Source of the DNA: Azolla caroliniana
Lineage: Eukaryota; Plantae; Polypodiophyta
Direction of reading: 5' to 3'
Length of the DNA: 64,000 nt
Assembly: GCA_043228905.1 (NCBI GenBank)
Contig: JBHGNT010000011.1
Location: forward strand, 4,712,001-4,776,000
Shown here one piece after another: positions 37,778 to 52,162 of this stretch. The position numbers and the translations under genes are program-made. The notes under the pieces are model-generated. The model was not told where the DNA came from. It did no database searches and saw only the letters and a list, made by a program, of their open reading frames with translations. The stretch's first letter is position 1; every line of letters starts with the position of its first letter.

Positions 37778-38949
37778 AATGGATCAATTCCGTCAAGGTT
37801 TGCGTAATGACGTCAAAGATCTTCTACTTACTTTCCATGAAGATCCAAACTCTCTAACAAAGGCCATTAGTCGAGTTGTGCGATGTGATAATCGTCTTTT
37901 TGAGCGACGTTCTGAGCGCCAACAAATGTTACGCCGCCAAACAGAACAAACAAGAGATTTCCTCATCCTCCTGTTGTACGTGGATGACATGTTGATTGTC
38001 GGACGCGACCATATGAAGATCCGAGTGCTGAAGAAGGTTTTGAGAAGATCGTTCTCGATGAAGGATATTGGTCCAGCAAAGCAAATCCTGGGGATGCACA
38101 TTGTTCGAGATTGAACAAAGAAATTGTTGTGGCTGTCACAAGAAAAATACGTGACAAAGGTGCTCTAGAGATTCGGCATGGAAAGCGCAAAACCGGTCGG
38201 CTCGACACTGTCGAAGAACTGTAAACTAAGCAAAGAACAATGTCTAAAATCGAAAAACGAGAATGCCGAGATGTCAAAAGTTCCTTATGCCTCGGTAGTT
38301 GGAAGCCTGATGTACGCAATGATATGGACCAGGCCAAACATAGGATACTCAGTCGCCGTGGTTAGTAGATATATGAGCAACCCAGAAGAGAGCATTGGGT
38401 TGTCGTGAATTGGATACTTCAGTACCTAAAAGGCACCTCGATCATGTTTCTCCGTTTCGGTTTGGGTAACCCCACACTAGAAGGTTATACTAGAACATGT
38501 TGGCTGATGTGGATACCAGTTGATCCACGTCCGGTTCTGTAATGACTTATGCAGGGGGAGCTATTTGGTGGCAATCGAGACTACAAAAGGCCATGGCGTT
38601 GTTGACCACGAAAGCCGAATATATGGCTGCAACGGAAACGGGCAAGGAAATCATATGGATTAAGGAGTTTATCAGTGAGCTGGGAATTCGGCAAGAGGAA
38701 TTCCAACTTCACTACGATAATCAAAGTGTCATCCACCTTGCGAAAAATGCCACCTACCACTTAAGGACCAAACACAACCAGAGAAGATATCATTGGCTCA
38801 GACAGAGAGTAGAAGAAATGGAGTTTGCTCTAGTGAAGATCTGCACGGCCAAAAATGGATCGGATATGCTTACGAAGGTGCTGTCAACCAAAAAGCTAAA
38901 CATGTGCCGATGGAGAGTCGGTTTGGTGAAATACCCCATGCCGGAGTGA
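37778..38949 (+). pseudogene. Second copy of the Tcn1 gag/copia chimera, continuing through copia RT and RNase H
   Basis: Repeats 28706-29291, then GAIWWQSRLQ, AEYMA, DNQSVIHL, TKH, DMLTK. Confidence 0.88.
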
Positions 38950-38959
38950 AGGGGGAATT

Positions 38960-39512
38960 TGTAGGGAAACATGTCCCTTTGGATGGGAAGAGAAGGAACA
39001 TGTTGGTGAGTATCTCGGCCGAGGCTGAAACCGAAATCAAAATCGAAAATCAAAAACCGAAATTGTTTAAGAAGACTTTAATTGTAAATAGTCTAAAATG
39101 CCCTTGTGGGCTATACTTGTAAATAGCTAGAAAGTTGCTTTTGTTTATTTAAGCAACTAGGGCAAACTTTAAAGAGAGCATAGTTGATCATTAATGAAAA
39201 GCTAGAACAAGGTAGTTGCCTCTGTAACTGTGATTGAGAGAGTGAGAGTGTGAGAGTGTAACTCTGTAGTCGTCTGTTAGACGAAGGAGAACTCAAGGTC
39301 CCTGCCTCCGAGTTCCGTATTTGTATTTCCTCTCTACTATAGTGATCTATTTTCTCAGGGTTTGTGGACCCCCGTGGTTTTTCCCATTTCGGGTTTTCCA
39401 CGTAAAATATCGGTCTCTCTATGTCTTCATATTTTACTTGTCTGTGTACTAGTTCTTGGTTTCTGCACACAAATACGAACGAAATCCGGTTGTGGCCGGT
39501 CGATTCCTAACA
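38960..39512 (+). repeat. 3' LTR of a Tnt1/Tork-like copia
   Basis: PPT GAGTGAAGGGGGAA upstream; TGTAGG...CCTAACA. Confidence 0.8.
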
Positions 39513-40700
39513 AAAGACTCATTAGATGGAAGTCTACTTCCTATATATAAGTATCAATAGAAATTCCTAATGAATGAATCGCCTCGTTGATGTATTGTAC
39601 TCTTCCATCAGCCAAGTGCACCTTATAGGTGTGATCACTTACGGTGGGTTGGATTCCCCATATTTGAACCAAACAATCATTCACAAAATTGTGTGAGCTT
39701 CCCAAATCAAATAAAAATTGTATGGGAGATCCATTGATATACTCGTTTGCACGTAGTAAATCATTGGGTCCCAATACATAGTGAGGTAAAGAACATTTAC
39801 AATTACCTAAATAATGTGTACAGACCTCAAGGACATCAGGAATCTAACCTTTATGGTCTGCAACTTTTGTATTGTTGTCGTGCTCTTTCCATTGGAGCTT
39901 TTGACATTGCTCTTTTGTATGACCCTTCTTTTTGCAAAATATTCAAAAATGATGTTGTCGCTTACGATCGTGATCCATGAATTCATTGGGTGTCTTGCGT
40001 TTCCCAACGAATTGCGACTGCTTAGTCCCGGGCGCTTCGTTGGGTTTGTCATGGTCCTTCTTCGAAGTGTGTTGATATCGAAGAGCTATTTCAACCGCCT
40101 CTTCGAACGATTTGGGATCCTTATTGTGCACTATCCAGTGATAGTCTGAATTGGGGATGCCATTGACAAAACAAGCTATCAACCAATTGTCTTCTTCTAG
40201 ACCCAGTTTTTGGATTTGGGTTCTAGCATGGTGAACATAGTCTTCTAGCAAGGAAAACTTCATGCTAGAGAGGTTCGTTAAAGCTTGTGCTACCTCAGTT
40301 TGAGATGGAGGTTGAATAAATTGGCCCTTCAAAACTGGGACAAATTCTATCCTGGTATCGGCCAATTTCCCCAAAGTACGGAGCCCACTCCACCAAGTGG
40401 CGGCCTTACCCCCTAGTTCTCAGTCGACATATGTAATCATCATACTATCTAGGTTGTGATAGAGCTCAAAATCAAACTCCCATCGGCCCAGCCACGTGCA
40501 TATTTCCTCTCGGTTCTTTCCTTTTTTTTCTCTCGTAAATGGCTTTACGACAAATGATGGTTCACCTTGACGCTCATCGGATCTATTAGTATCACGTTGT
40601 AAACTAATGACACATGCCTAGAGAGCACTATGAGATTGCCCAAGTTCGGACATCTCATGCATGGTTGAATTAAGGAAATTTGGTATTTGCATCAAATACG
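39513..40700 (-). pseudogene. Old Ty3/gypsy gag-protease fragment
   Basis: GKAATWW, FVNGI gag motifs; INGSPIQFLFDLGSSHNFV protease. Confidence 0.75.
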
Positions 40701-41973
40701 ACTCAATGGGGATTGGCCTAGGAGGATTTCTTGAACTCCTTACGCTTGAGCGGATGACATCGGGTCATTATTATGAGCCATTGAATGATAATTTCTGGCT
40801 GTTGAGAATCAAGCTCAACATAGTGCAACATGTGAACATACCTTTTGAGAATCTATGATTACTCAAAGGTCAAGAGTCACACCACTACTCTCTACACATT
40901 AACTATGTGTCATAGAATCATATTCTATGACACATAACTAATGAGTTACATATTCCCCATGACTATGAGTCTTCACATTCCCCAAGAGAAAGTGGTTGTT
41001 GTAGTTAGTTAATGAAGAGAGAGGGTGACTAAATATAAAGCACCCTCCTCACACTTCATACTAAGTCGATTGTGACTCCTTGTAATGCTACATTTTGTAT
41101 TTCTCATTCTACTTGTGAAATATATACCCTCTTCTTGAGTATTCTATTTTTCTCTCATTTATCTATCTTCTCTTTTTCTCTCACACATATACACACATAA
41201 CACACTTCTATTCCGTTGCACAAGAATCACCATTGATTCTTTACATGGTATCAGAGCGGTTTGGTAGCTCGATCTAGCCCATCCACATGTGTTGTGGTCT
41301 ATGCCGACGTTCGAGAAGAACCGGTTCATCGCTATCGTAGTGCAACTACATAGCTCGTGTTCAAGAGAGAAGGAAAAGAAGAAAGAAAGCTTCATCGGCA
41401 TAATGAATACTCAAATGGGGAGCGCTCTCCCTAGCGAGAACTTGGATCGAAACAACTTGCCAATACCTTGTCGGCCAAGGCTATTGGGGTTACATCAAAG
41501 GAGCAGAAGAAAACCGACCCAACCCGAAAGACGCCAACTACGCAAGATGGGAGCAAGCGGCAACCCGAGTGACCTATTGCTTGGTGACATGTGTTCACGA
41601 CCACATGCTTGGCTACATTCGAGAAGCCGAGATGCCAAAGGAAGCATGGGAGAATCTATGAAAGATTTCGCCGCCAACACAACTGCGAGAAAGCTTCAAT
41701 TCCACCAACAATTGAACAACCTCCAACAAAGGGATATGTCCATCACGAGTTACACCTTAAAGATCAAGGAGCTTTGCAACTCGCTCGACTCGATAAGTGT
41801 CAATGTGGACGATGATGAGATGGTGCAAATATGCCTCGGCGTCCTTGCACCACGGTTCAGCGCGATGAGGACTACCGTATTAGCACAGGAGAATACGCCC
41901 TCCTTTTTCGATCTTCAATCCATGTTGTTGGTCGAAGAAAACCATGTTCGAACAAGGAGCAACACCTCAGAAG

Positions 41974-42166
41974 TGTCGAATATGACTGTATAATGGCCGT
42001 ATTCACACTGTCCCTTCGGACAACCCAAGTTTGGGCTATTTCTGTAAATAGCATAAAGGGCAGTTGCCCTAAGATAGTCACTATATAAAGGGACTTTGTA
42101 ACCTTTAGTTGTGGTTGTTGGTCATTCTTTGTAACTATTGCTATTAGAATATAACATTTCTTCATG

Positions 42167-42217
<51 letters not shown>

Positions 42218-45200
42218 GCCTATCTTGCTTATGCACATACATAGGTTCTTCTTCATCACGAATGTTGCTTGCACTTCCGCATTGACGGCCTTGTCCCCAA
42301 CATTTGCTATCAGAGCATTGGAGGTTCTTCAACCCACTGCCATCCGTCATACTACACCACACAACATTCCGTTTTTCGTTTTCTTTGAAGAACAGAGAAG
42401 GGAGAAGAAAAAAAAAACAAAAAGCTCGCATCTCACTATGTTAAATCACAAATTGGAGTAAGCCAGTCGGCTGTACTCTGTTCCTGTGATTGTAACCACT
42501 TGAGGGGAGCTCCTTGAGCAACAACCGACCCAATCGTGCTTCATTTAGTTAAACAACATCCGAATAGGTCATCAGACGCTATTCACCCGCTTGTTGTAAC
42601 TACCCGCTGCAGATTGGTCTCTAGGCAACAACCAAATTCGTGCTTCACTCGGCTGATCGACATTCGGGAGGATTAGTTGGATCCATCCCTCTCATCGTTG
42701 CAGTCATCCGAAGCAAAATCGGCCCAAATAATCGGTTTTGTGTAATCGGTATACGGCATACGATCGGAAGCTAACCGAGCTCACTCTGACTCGGCAACAT
42801 TCGGGAAGACCAGCCGGTTATGTCCCTCAAGTTACCGGAGTCACTCCGAGCAAGTTCAGCAACAAGTATCCGAAACCAAACCGACTCGGGTTCAAAAACG
42901 ACTAGAACAATATCGGGTGAGCCGACCGACTGCACCCCACTAAGGTTCGTAGTCAACTCCGAACCGAGTCTTACCAACCGAAACCGAAGCAGATGGCATT
43001 AACATCCAGCTCATCACAGATGAGTCTAAGTAGGTTTGACGGTTCGAATTTCAACTTCTGGAATGAACAAATGCAAGACTATCTCATAGTCAAGAGTCAG
43101 ATAGACCCGATTGAGAATGAAAATCCTCCAGAAGCATACAAGGCAAACGAGTGGCTAAATCTGAACAGAATCGTCCGCACCACGATTCGAATGCACTTGT
43201 CGGAGTCAGTGTACTTCACAGTGCAATCATGCTCGATAGCTTTTGAACTTTGGAAAACATTGTCGAAAACTTATGAAAAGAAGGTCACCACAACGAAGAT
43301 GTATCTAATCCGGTGCGTCTACAACTTGCGGATGAAAGAATCTTATTCGGTTCAGGCACACCTCAACGAGTACGAAAGCATAAGCTCCCAAATCTCATCT
43401 CAGGGGACGGAAATCGAGGATGAACTCAGAGCAATGATACTCATGAGTAGTCTCCCCTCTTCATGGGAAACTTTCGTTACAATCGTGTGCAATGCTTCAA
43501 CAACTGTCGTTAAATACTCCGAAGTTACGAGCGCAATCTTGATTGAAGCAACTCGGAGAAAGTCTTTTGCCAAAGACTCGGTAGATGCAGCTTACGTAGT
43601 ACAAGGTTTGACAGACCGATCGAACAACCGGGGAAGAAGTTCTTCCCAACCGCCAAACAATTAGCGAAGCTGGAGCAAGTCCCAGGACAACCGAATCTGC
43701 AACTACTGCAAGAAACCGGGACACATCAAAGCCGACTGTCAGACACTCAAAGAAAAAACCGACAAACCTCAAAGAGTAGATCAGAAGATTAGTCAGCATG
43801 AGGAGGTCAACTATGTCGGCTCTTCAGCCGAAATTTTTACGACCGACCCGAACATATTGTCCATCGAGAACCTAGTCGAATCAGAAGTTCTACTTACGAT
43901 TGAGGAATCGAGCACATGGCTCCTGGACTCGGGCGCATCGTATCATGTGACACCTCACCGATCTCAGTTTCAACAATACTTGGACCGGCATTCCGACTCA
44001 GTTCGAGTCGGAAACTCGCAGCACTGTGCTATGATCGGAATTGGCACCGTAGAGCTCAACCTTCCGGGTGGCTCTACACTCATACTACACAACGTCCAAC
44101 ACGTTCCTGAGTCGGACAACTTGACGAAGCCGGCATCTGTGCCGGGTTCTCATTAGGAGGGTGGACACTCCACAAAGGGAACCTCCTACTTGCTCGAGGA
44201 CCAAAGGTACACTCTTTGTACCCTTTATATGTCACACTCAAAGAGGGTGACTTATTTCTAGTTGATATCCCCGTGTCATCATTATGGCACGGACCACTTG
44301 AACACCTCAACAAGGCCAACATAACGCACCTATCCAGAGCCGGTTACATCCCGAAACTCTCCTTCTCAGATTACCAATTCTACGAGCATTGCCAGTACGG
44401 CAAACAGGTAGCCGCGTCACACCCGACATCAGCACCAAGAGAATCGAGTCCCCTCGATTTGGTCCACTCAAACGTCTGTGGCCCGATGCCATATCAGTCT
44501 CTCAACGGTGCTTCATACTTCGTTAGTTTTATTGACGACTCGACTCGGATGGTGTGGACTTACCCCATCAGAACCAAAGATCGGGTGTTCTCGATCTTCT
44601 CTGAATGTCTTGCAATGGTCAAAAATCAAACCGGTCGGAAACTGAAATGTCTCCGAACCGATAATGGAGGAGAATTCAAGTCTGATGAATTTGTCAAATT
44701 TTTCTGGGAACGCGGCATTCGACGTGAATATACGGCACCCTATAGTCCAGAGCAGAACGGAACTGTTGAACGCATGAATCAGACGATTCAAGAACACATA
44801 GTATCCATGCTCCAACACTCCGGACTGTCGGATGGCTTCTGGGCAGAGGCTCTACTTACGGCAATACGCATAATAAATATGTCGCCAAGTAGACCTCTAG
44901 GACTTAAAATACCTCAGGAAACATGGACCGGCAGTAAGCCGAATTATGACAAGCTGAGGATCTTCGGCTGTGAGGCGTATGCCCTCATACCAAAAGACGA
45001 TCGCCGGAAACTCGAACCAAGATCAAGGAAATGCATTTTCCTTGGATATGAACCCAACGGCGAGAACGGATACCGACTTTGGGACCCCGAGCATAGACAA
45101 ATCATCCGAAGTTCGGACATCATGTTCAATGAGTCGGCTATGCATAAAACGGCCGAAAGGCCTATTGAAGTCCGAAGGGTAATATTTTCCGAAGTGCCAA

Positions 45201-47484
45201 CCCTTCATGATGGCACAACCCATAACACGAGATCAGTTTCATGGGTAACCGACAACTCTCACACCGAATCCACCAATTCGGCGCAGCCGAATGGCTCGGC
45301 TCCCGACCATTCGACATCGACACCCGGTGCGACTAGTCCAGTCATACCTCACAAATCCGAGAGACTGTCGCAACCTCCGGAGAGGTACTCTTCTGGAATT
45401 TTCTTTACCGACGCCGGCGAACCGACGTCTTACGAAGAAGCATCAGCATTTGTCGACTCAACCACCTGGCATCTGGCGATGGAGTCGGAAATGCACTCCA
45501 TTCGCGCAAACAAGACTTGGGACTTGGTTGAATTACCGAAGAATCGATGTGCTCTTCCGTTAAGTGGGTCTATCGACTAAAAGAGACGTCCGACTCGACC
45601 AACCCAAAGTACAAGGCCAGATTAGTTGCAAAGGGATTTCGACAAGAATATGGCATCGACTTTGACGAAATCTTTTCACCAGTGGTGAAAATGACAACCC
45701 TTCGTTTCATGCTCAGCGTCGTGGCCGCCGACAACTTGGAGCTGATTTAGCTAGATGTAAAAACAACATTCCTCCACGGTGACCTACAAGAGGAAATCTA
45801 TATGGAGCAGTCGAAAGGCTTCGTGGCATCCGGCCAGGAACATCTAGTCTGCCGACTCAGGAAGAGTCTCTAAGGCCTGAAACAGGCACCCTGACAGTGG
45901 TACAAGAAGTTTGACAACTCGGCTTCTCAAAGAGCAATGAGGACCACTGTCTCTTCACCAAAACAACTCAAGACAGGTCTCTTGTTTTCCTCATCATCTA
46001 CGTGGACGACATGCTAGTCTCCGGTCGGCATGCCGGAGAGCTCACCGAACTCCTTCGGAAACTGCGGTTGAAGTTTGCCATGAAGGACCTCGGTCCGGCA
46101 AAACAAATACTTGGTATGAAGATTAGTCGGCATCACGATACACGACAACTTTTCTTGTCTCAAACCGACTACATCGGACGTGTCTTGGAACGCTTCAACA
46201 TGCACTTGGCCAAGTCTGCTTCGACCCCGCTCCCCATTAACCTTTCGTTGTCTCAGCGTGATTGCCCGACATCCGGTCCGAAGGGGGAAGGTATGAAGTC
46301 GGTATCGTATGCACCGGCAGTCGGCTCCCTTATGTACGCGATGGTCGCGACACGGCCTGATATTTCTCAGGCCGTAGGAGTCGTCAGCAGATTCATGCAC
46401 AACCCAGGCCGATCGCACTGGAACACAATCAAGCATGTGTTCAGATATCTAGCTAACACAAAAGACCACGGCATTCTTTTCGGCCCGAACTCAACCTCAG
46501 GCGTAGTCGGTTACACCGACTCGGACTTCGTCGGCTGTGTGGACAGTCGGAAATCAGCAACCGGATACTGTTTCAAATTCGGCAATGGAGCAATCTCGTG
46601 GAAGTCGAAACTTCAAGAGTGCACAGCCACCTCAACGACCGAAGCGGAATATGTAGCTGCGTCCGACGCGGCAAAAGAAGCCTTATGGCTCGGTCGGCTG
46701 GCGCACATGTTTCAACAAGTCGACTCCGACTCGGTTCTAGTTGTCTACAACGACAGTCAGGGTGTTGTTGCTTTGTCAAAGAATCCGGTTCACCACAACA
46801 CCTCCAAGCATATCGACGTTCGATATCACTTCGTTCGGGACTACGTCATTTCAGGGAAAATTGATCTCGAGAAAATATCCACAACCGATAATGTCGCAAA
46901 TGGAATGACCAAGTGTCTTTCGGCGGATCGTTTCCGGTCCCTTCGGTACCAGATGGGCAAAACGAAAAATTGGTCCGGTTAAAGTCGGACACACAGCCCA
47001 GGATGGTTTCGGACCACCGACATCAGTTCTTTGAGGATCGGCTTCAGCTCTTCCGACCCGACAGGTTCGATCTTTTGTCTTCGAATCTTGTCGACTCTAA
47101 CAAAACCGATTTGTCCAACAACCTTGTACATACCTGTAACTTTAGTATAACCCATGTATACGCCCATTACGGGGGAGTGTCGAATACGAGTGTATAATAG
47201 CCGTATTCACACTGTCCCTTCGGACAACCCAAGTTTGGGCTATTTCTGTAAATAGCATAAAGGGCAGTTGCCCTAAGATAGTCACTATATAAAGTGACTT
47301 TGTAACCTTTAGTTGTGGTTGTTGGTCATTCTTTGTAACTGTTGCTATTGGAATATAACATTTCTTCGTGCCTATCTCTGTGTGTGTGTGTGTGTGTGTG
47401 CCTATCTTGCTTATGCGCATACACAAGTTCTTCTTCATCAGGAATGTTGCTTGCACTTCCACATTAACGGCCTTGTCCCCAACA
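41974..47484 (+). mobile_element. Near full-length Ty1/copia (Tork-like)
   Basis: LTRs 41974-42302 and 47178-47484; TSD AGAAG; decayed PBS-Met; PPT GGGGGAG. Confidence 0.95.
42993..46982 (+). pseudogene. copia gag-PR-INT-RT-RH polyprotein
   Basis: FDGSNF, CNYCKKPGH, WLLDSGAS, RTDNGGEF, KARLV, YVDD, YTDSDF; stops/frameshifts. Confidence 0.93.
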
Positions 47485-47635
47485 AGAAGGCCACATGCTT
47501 TACTCACACTCGGAGAAAGGAAGAGGACCCGGTCGTGCAAGAAGAGGCTGAGTTAGCCAAGGACGAGGCGGACAAGGCGGACGAGGCCCGACTTACGGAA
47601 ACAACTCGCAATTTCGGTATCAAGACAGAAGTCAT

Positions 47636-50600
47636 TGTTAGGAAACAGGTCCCTCCGAATCCGGATGTGGAGTACCCGGGAATGGAAGACCCAGTGAGAA
47701 CCGGATGTGGAGTACCCGGCAACGGAAGACCCGGTGAGAACTGGATGTGGAGTACCCGGCAACGGAAGACCTGGTGAGAACCGAATGTGGAGTACCCAGC
47801 AATGGAAGACCCGGTGAGACCCGGATGTTGTAGGCCCGGTGAGAACCTCTCATCGAATGGAAGGGACATATATGTAAATATGTTCCAGAGAGCCCACTAG
47901 GGCTATATTTGTAAATAGCCCGAAAGTCATATTCGTATAAATATGACCTAGGGCAAACTTAATAGTTACAATGATGATGATAGAGTTATTGGTGTAACTT
48001 TTGTACAGTGCGTAAGAGAGAGAGAGCAATATACAGAGATTGTGTCTCTCTTGTAACCTCCGCTAGGCGAAGATTGTGAGCAAGAGGTCGTTGCCTCTGT
48101 GCTCCCTGTTGTATTACTTTATAGAGTGATAGTTTGGAGTCTGTGGGCTCCCGTGGTTTTTCCCTCTCGGGGTTTTCCACGTTAATATCCTGTGTATTCT
48201 CTTTCTGTTTTGTGTCTCCATTCCCATTTCGTCTGTGTTTTGATTGTCATCAAGTGATCTACACTTCAGTTGTGGCTGGAGATTAATCCGCGTATTCCAC
48301 ATCAAATTGGTATTATAGCAAAACGACACAGAAAAATGGATGATTCATTGGGAGGCATGTTCAAGCTCACCGGCTCCAATTACTTAGTGTGGAAGTCAAA
48401 GATGAGGGACATGCTCGTGGTTAAAGATCTTTGGTTGCCGGTTCAGTTCGGGGACAAGAGACCGGAGAAAATTGATGCCACGATATGGGAGGTGATGCAC
48501 ATGAAGACAACGACATACATACGGTGCTTCATCAACATGAGTCTATACAACAACTTCAATGAGGAGAGCAAGGCTCATGAGCTCTGGGAGAAGATCAGCA
48601 TTATGTTTCAGAACAAAAATGTTGTTAATCAGGTTTCAGTATTTCGAAAGCTAGTAAGACTCCGGTACCAAGATGGCTCCAGCATGGCGGAGCACATGAA
48701 TGCCTTCCAGGGGCTGATACACCAGGAAACATCATTAGAAGTACCTCTCGCCGATGAGGTACTAGCACTACTCCTGCTCGGTTCCCTCCCAGGTAGTTGG
48801 GAGACGTTGGTCGTCACTTTGGGCAACGCCGGGCCGGAAGGGAAACAGTTATCCCTAGCAAGAGTGAAGTCGAGCTTGCTAGATGAGGAGGCGCGTCGGA
48901 AAGATAAGGATACGAGCTCCGACTCCAAAGCACTCATTACTGAATCGGAATGCGGAAGAGAAAGGAACCGTAGCCCCCAAAACCGGGAAAAGTCGGGGAC
49001 ACGGTCAAAGTCAAGGGGGAGGCCTACCTGCTTCTATTGCGGGAAGCCGGGACACTTCTAGAAGAACTGTCGGCACTTCCAAAAAGACAAGGAAACTGAT
49101 GGTACCGATTCGAAGTGGACACCGGACCGGAACGGTAAAGACCGAAGGGGAACGGACCGGAAGGGAACGACGGAAATCACGGCAAGTGAAGAAGAGTTGA
49201 TGCTCATCACTAAGGAGAGTGAGTTGAACCTTGCCGGCGACGAGACAACGTGGGTTCACAAAAGGTGTGGACCGGTAAGGAAGTGTCCTACCGGCATTTG
49301 AAGGTGTTCGGGTGTCTCGCGTACATGCATGTTGCTAAGGACCGGAGAGGAAAGTTGGATCCAAAGATCCGGCCATGCATATTCCTCGGATACAGCGATG
49401 ATGAGTTCGGCTACCAAGTGTGGGATCTGGTTGTCAAGAAGGTTTTCCGGAGCCGAGATATTATCTTCATGGAGGACAAGACTCTTGCCGACTGGGAGTC
49501 GGAGAAGAAGACAATGAACTCCGATGAGATTCGAACCCACCCAGCTAAGAGCCGTTTGACACTCGAGGAACCAGCCGGTTATGGTGTGGATACCGAACTG
49601 GCAGAAGAAGAAGTAGAGGAAGTTGAAACCAGAACCGGCCAAGACCCCGAATCGGATTCGGATGAAGAACAAATAGAGATTTCCAAATGCAGAGCATGTG
49701 GTGCTGACCAATTAGGGGGAGCCGGAAAGCTTCGAAGAAGCGAAGGATGACACCAATAGCCGCAAGTGGTTGAGTGCCATGTAGGACAAGATGGATTCCT
49801 TGCATGAGAAGCACACGTATGAATTTGTGGAGTTGCGAAAGGAAAGAGGGCACTCCAAAATAAGTGGGTGTACAAGTTGAAACCGGGAGATGCCGGCAAC
49901 CCTCCAAGGTACAAAGCCAGGATCGTGGTGAAGGGGTTCCATCAGAAGAAGGGCGTGGACTTCGACGAGATATTTGCCCCAGTAGTAAAGATGACTTCCA
50001 TCCAGACGGTGTTGAGCATAGCGGCAAGCATGAACCTCGAGGTAGAGCAGGTGGACGTGAAGACGACATTCCTTCACGGTGACCTCGAAGAGGAGATCTA
50101 CATGCAACAACCGGAAGGATTCGTGGAGAAAGGGAAGGAGCACCTTGTTTGCCGGTTGAAGAAGAGCCTATACGGACTGAAGCAGGCTCCCCGACAATGG
50201 TACCGGAAGTTTGACTCCTTCATGACCGACCAAGGGTATCACAAAACGCAAACTGATGACTGCGTGTTTGTAAAGAAGTTCGAAGGAGGCGACTTCCTGA
50301 TACTCCTTCTGTACGTGGACGACATGTTGATCGTCGGATGGGACCAAGACCAAATACGGATGCTGAAGAAGGCTCTCAATCGAACCTTCGCAATGAAAGA
50401 ATTGGGCCCTGCAAGACAGATACTAGGGATGCACATCATCCGGGACCGGTCAAAGAAGCAATTGTGGTTGTCACAGGAGAAATACGTGACAAAGGTGCTT
50501 CAGTGGTTCAACATGTTAGAAGCGAAACCGGTCGGATCGACACTCCCGGCAAACTGCAGATTATCCAGTAAGCAAAGCATGAAGACGAAAGCAGAGAAGG

Positions 50601-51921
50601 CGGATATGATGAAGGTTCCATATGCCTCTGCCGTCGGGAGCTTAATGTACGCAATGGTGTGTACTCGGCCGGACATTGGATACACAGTCGGAGTGGTGAG
50701 CCGGTTTATGAGCAATCCCGGCAAGAAGCACTAGAACGCGGTCAAATGGATACTCCGGTACCTGAAGGGCACTTCGAATATGTGTCTCCGATTCGGCTCC
50801 GGTAAACCTCAACTTGACGGTTTTACTGATTCGGATATGTCGGCTGATGTGGATACCAGCCGGTCTACATCCGGGTATGTAATGAAATATGTAGGGGGAG
50901 CTGTTTCGTGGCAATCGAGGTTGCAGAAGATGGTTGCATTGTCAACCATGAAGGCGGGCGGAGTACATGGCGGTTGTTGAAGCTGGCAAGGAAATATTAT
51001 GGATGAAGGACTTCATCGGAGAGCTCGGTATCCGGCAAGATGAATACCGGCTCTATTGCGACAGTCAAAGTGCCATCCACCTTGCTAAGAACGCAGCATA
51101 CCATTCCAAGACGAAGCTCATCTAGCATAGGTATCACTGGATCCGAGAGTGAGTAGCAGATCGAGAGTTCGCGCTGATGAAGATCCACACGACCGAGAAC
51201 GAGTCAAATATGTTGACCAAAGTACTGATACCCGACAAGCTGGATGCATGTCGGAAGCGGATCGGACTAGTAAGACATCCCATGCCGGAGTGAAGGGGGA
51301 GTTTGTTAGGAAACAGGTCCCTCCACATGGGATGTGAGAACAATAGTGTTGATGGGATGTTGATGTGAGAATCCGGATGTGAAGTACCCGACAACGGAAG
51401 ACCCGGCGAGAACCGGATGTAGAGTACCCGACAATGGAAGACCCGGTGAGAACCTCTCATCGGATGGAAGGGACATATATGTAAATATGTTCCAAAGAGC
51501 CCACTAGGGCTTTATTTGTAAATAGCCCGAAAGTCATATTAGTATAAATATGACCTAGGGAAAACATAATAGTTACGATGATGATGATAGAGTTATTGGT
51601 GTAACTTCTGTACAGTACGTAAGAGAGAGAGAGAGAGCGATATACAGAGATTGTGTCTCTGTTGTAACCGCCGCTAGGCGAAGATTGTGAGTAAGAGGTC
51701 GTTGCCTCTGTGCTCACTCTTGTATTACTTTACAGAGTGATAGTTTGGAGTCTGTGGGCTCCCGTGGTTTTTCCCTCTCAGGGTTTTCCAAGTTAATATC
51801 CTGTGTATTCTCTTTCTGTTTTGTGTACTTACCTCCATTCCCATTTCGTCTGTGTTTTGATTGTCATCAAGTGATCTACACTTTGGTTGTGGCTAGAGAT
51901 TAATCCGCGTATTCCACGTCA
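47636..51921 (+). mobile_element. Internally deleted Tnt1/Tork-like Ty1/copia
   Basis: LTRs 47636-48304 and 51304-51921; TSD GTCAT; PBS-Met-like at 48308; PPT GAGTGAAGGGGGAG. Confidence 0.93.
48337..51293 (+). pseudogene. copia polyprotein lacking protease and integrase core
   Basis: gag (KLTGSNY, CFYCGKPGH) jumps at about 49255 from ETTW to KVWTGKEVSYRHLKVFGC; RT YVDD and RNase H present. Confidence 0.88.
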
Positions 51922-52162
51922 GTCATTGGGGGAGCTTCCATTCCGGTGTGAGCCAACAAAACTCGATCGAATACGGATATTGTGGAAAAATCGGTCACCT
52001 CCATTCCCATTTCGTCTGTGTTTTGATTGTCATCAAGTGATCTACGCTTCAGTTGTGGCTAGAGATTAATCCGTGTATTCCACGTCAGTCATTGGGGGAG
52101 CTTCCATTCCGGTGCGAGCCAACAAAACTCGGTCGAATACGGATATTGTGGAAAAATCGGTC
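51831..52162. repeat. 166-bp tandem duplication spanning LTR end, TSD and host gag
   Basis: 51831-51996 repeats at 51997-52162 with ACC microhomology. Confidence 0.92.
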
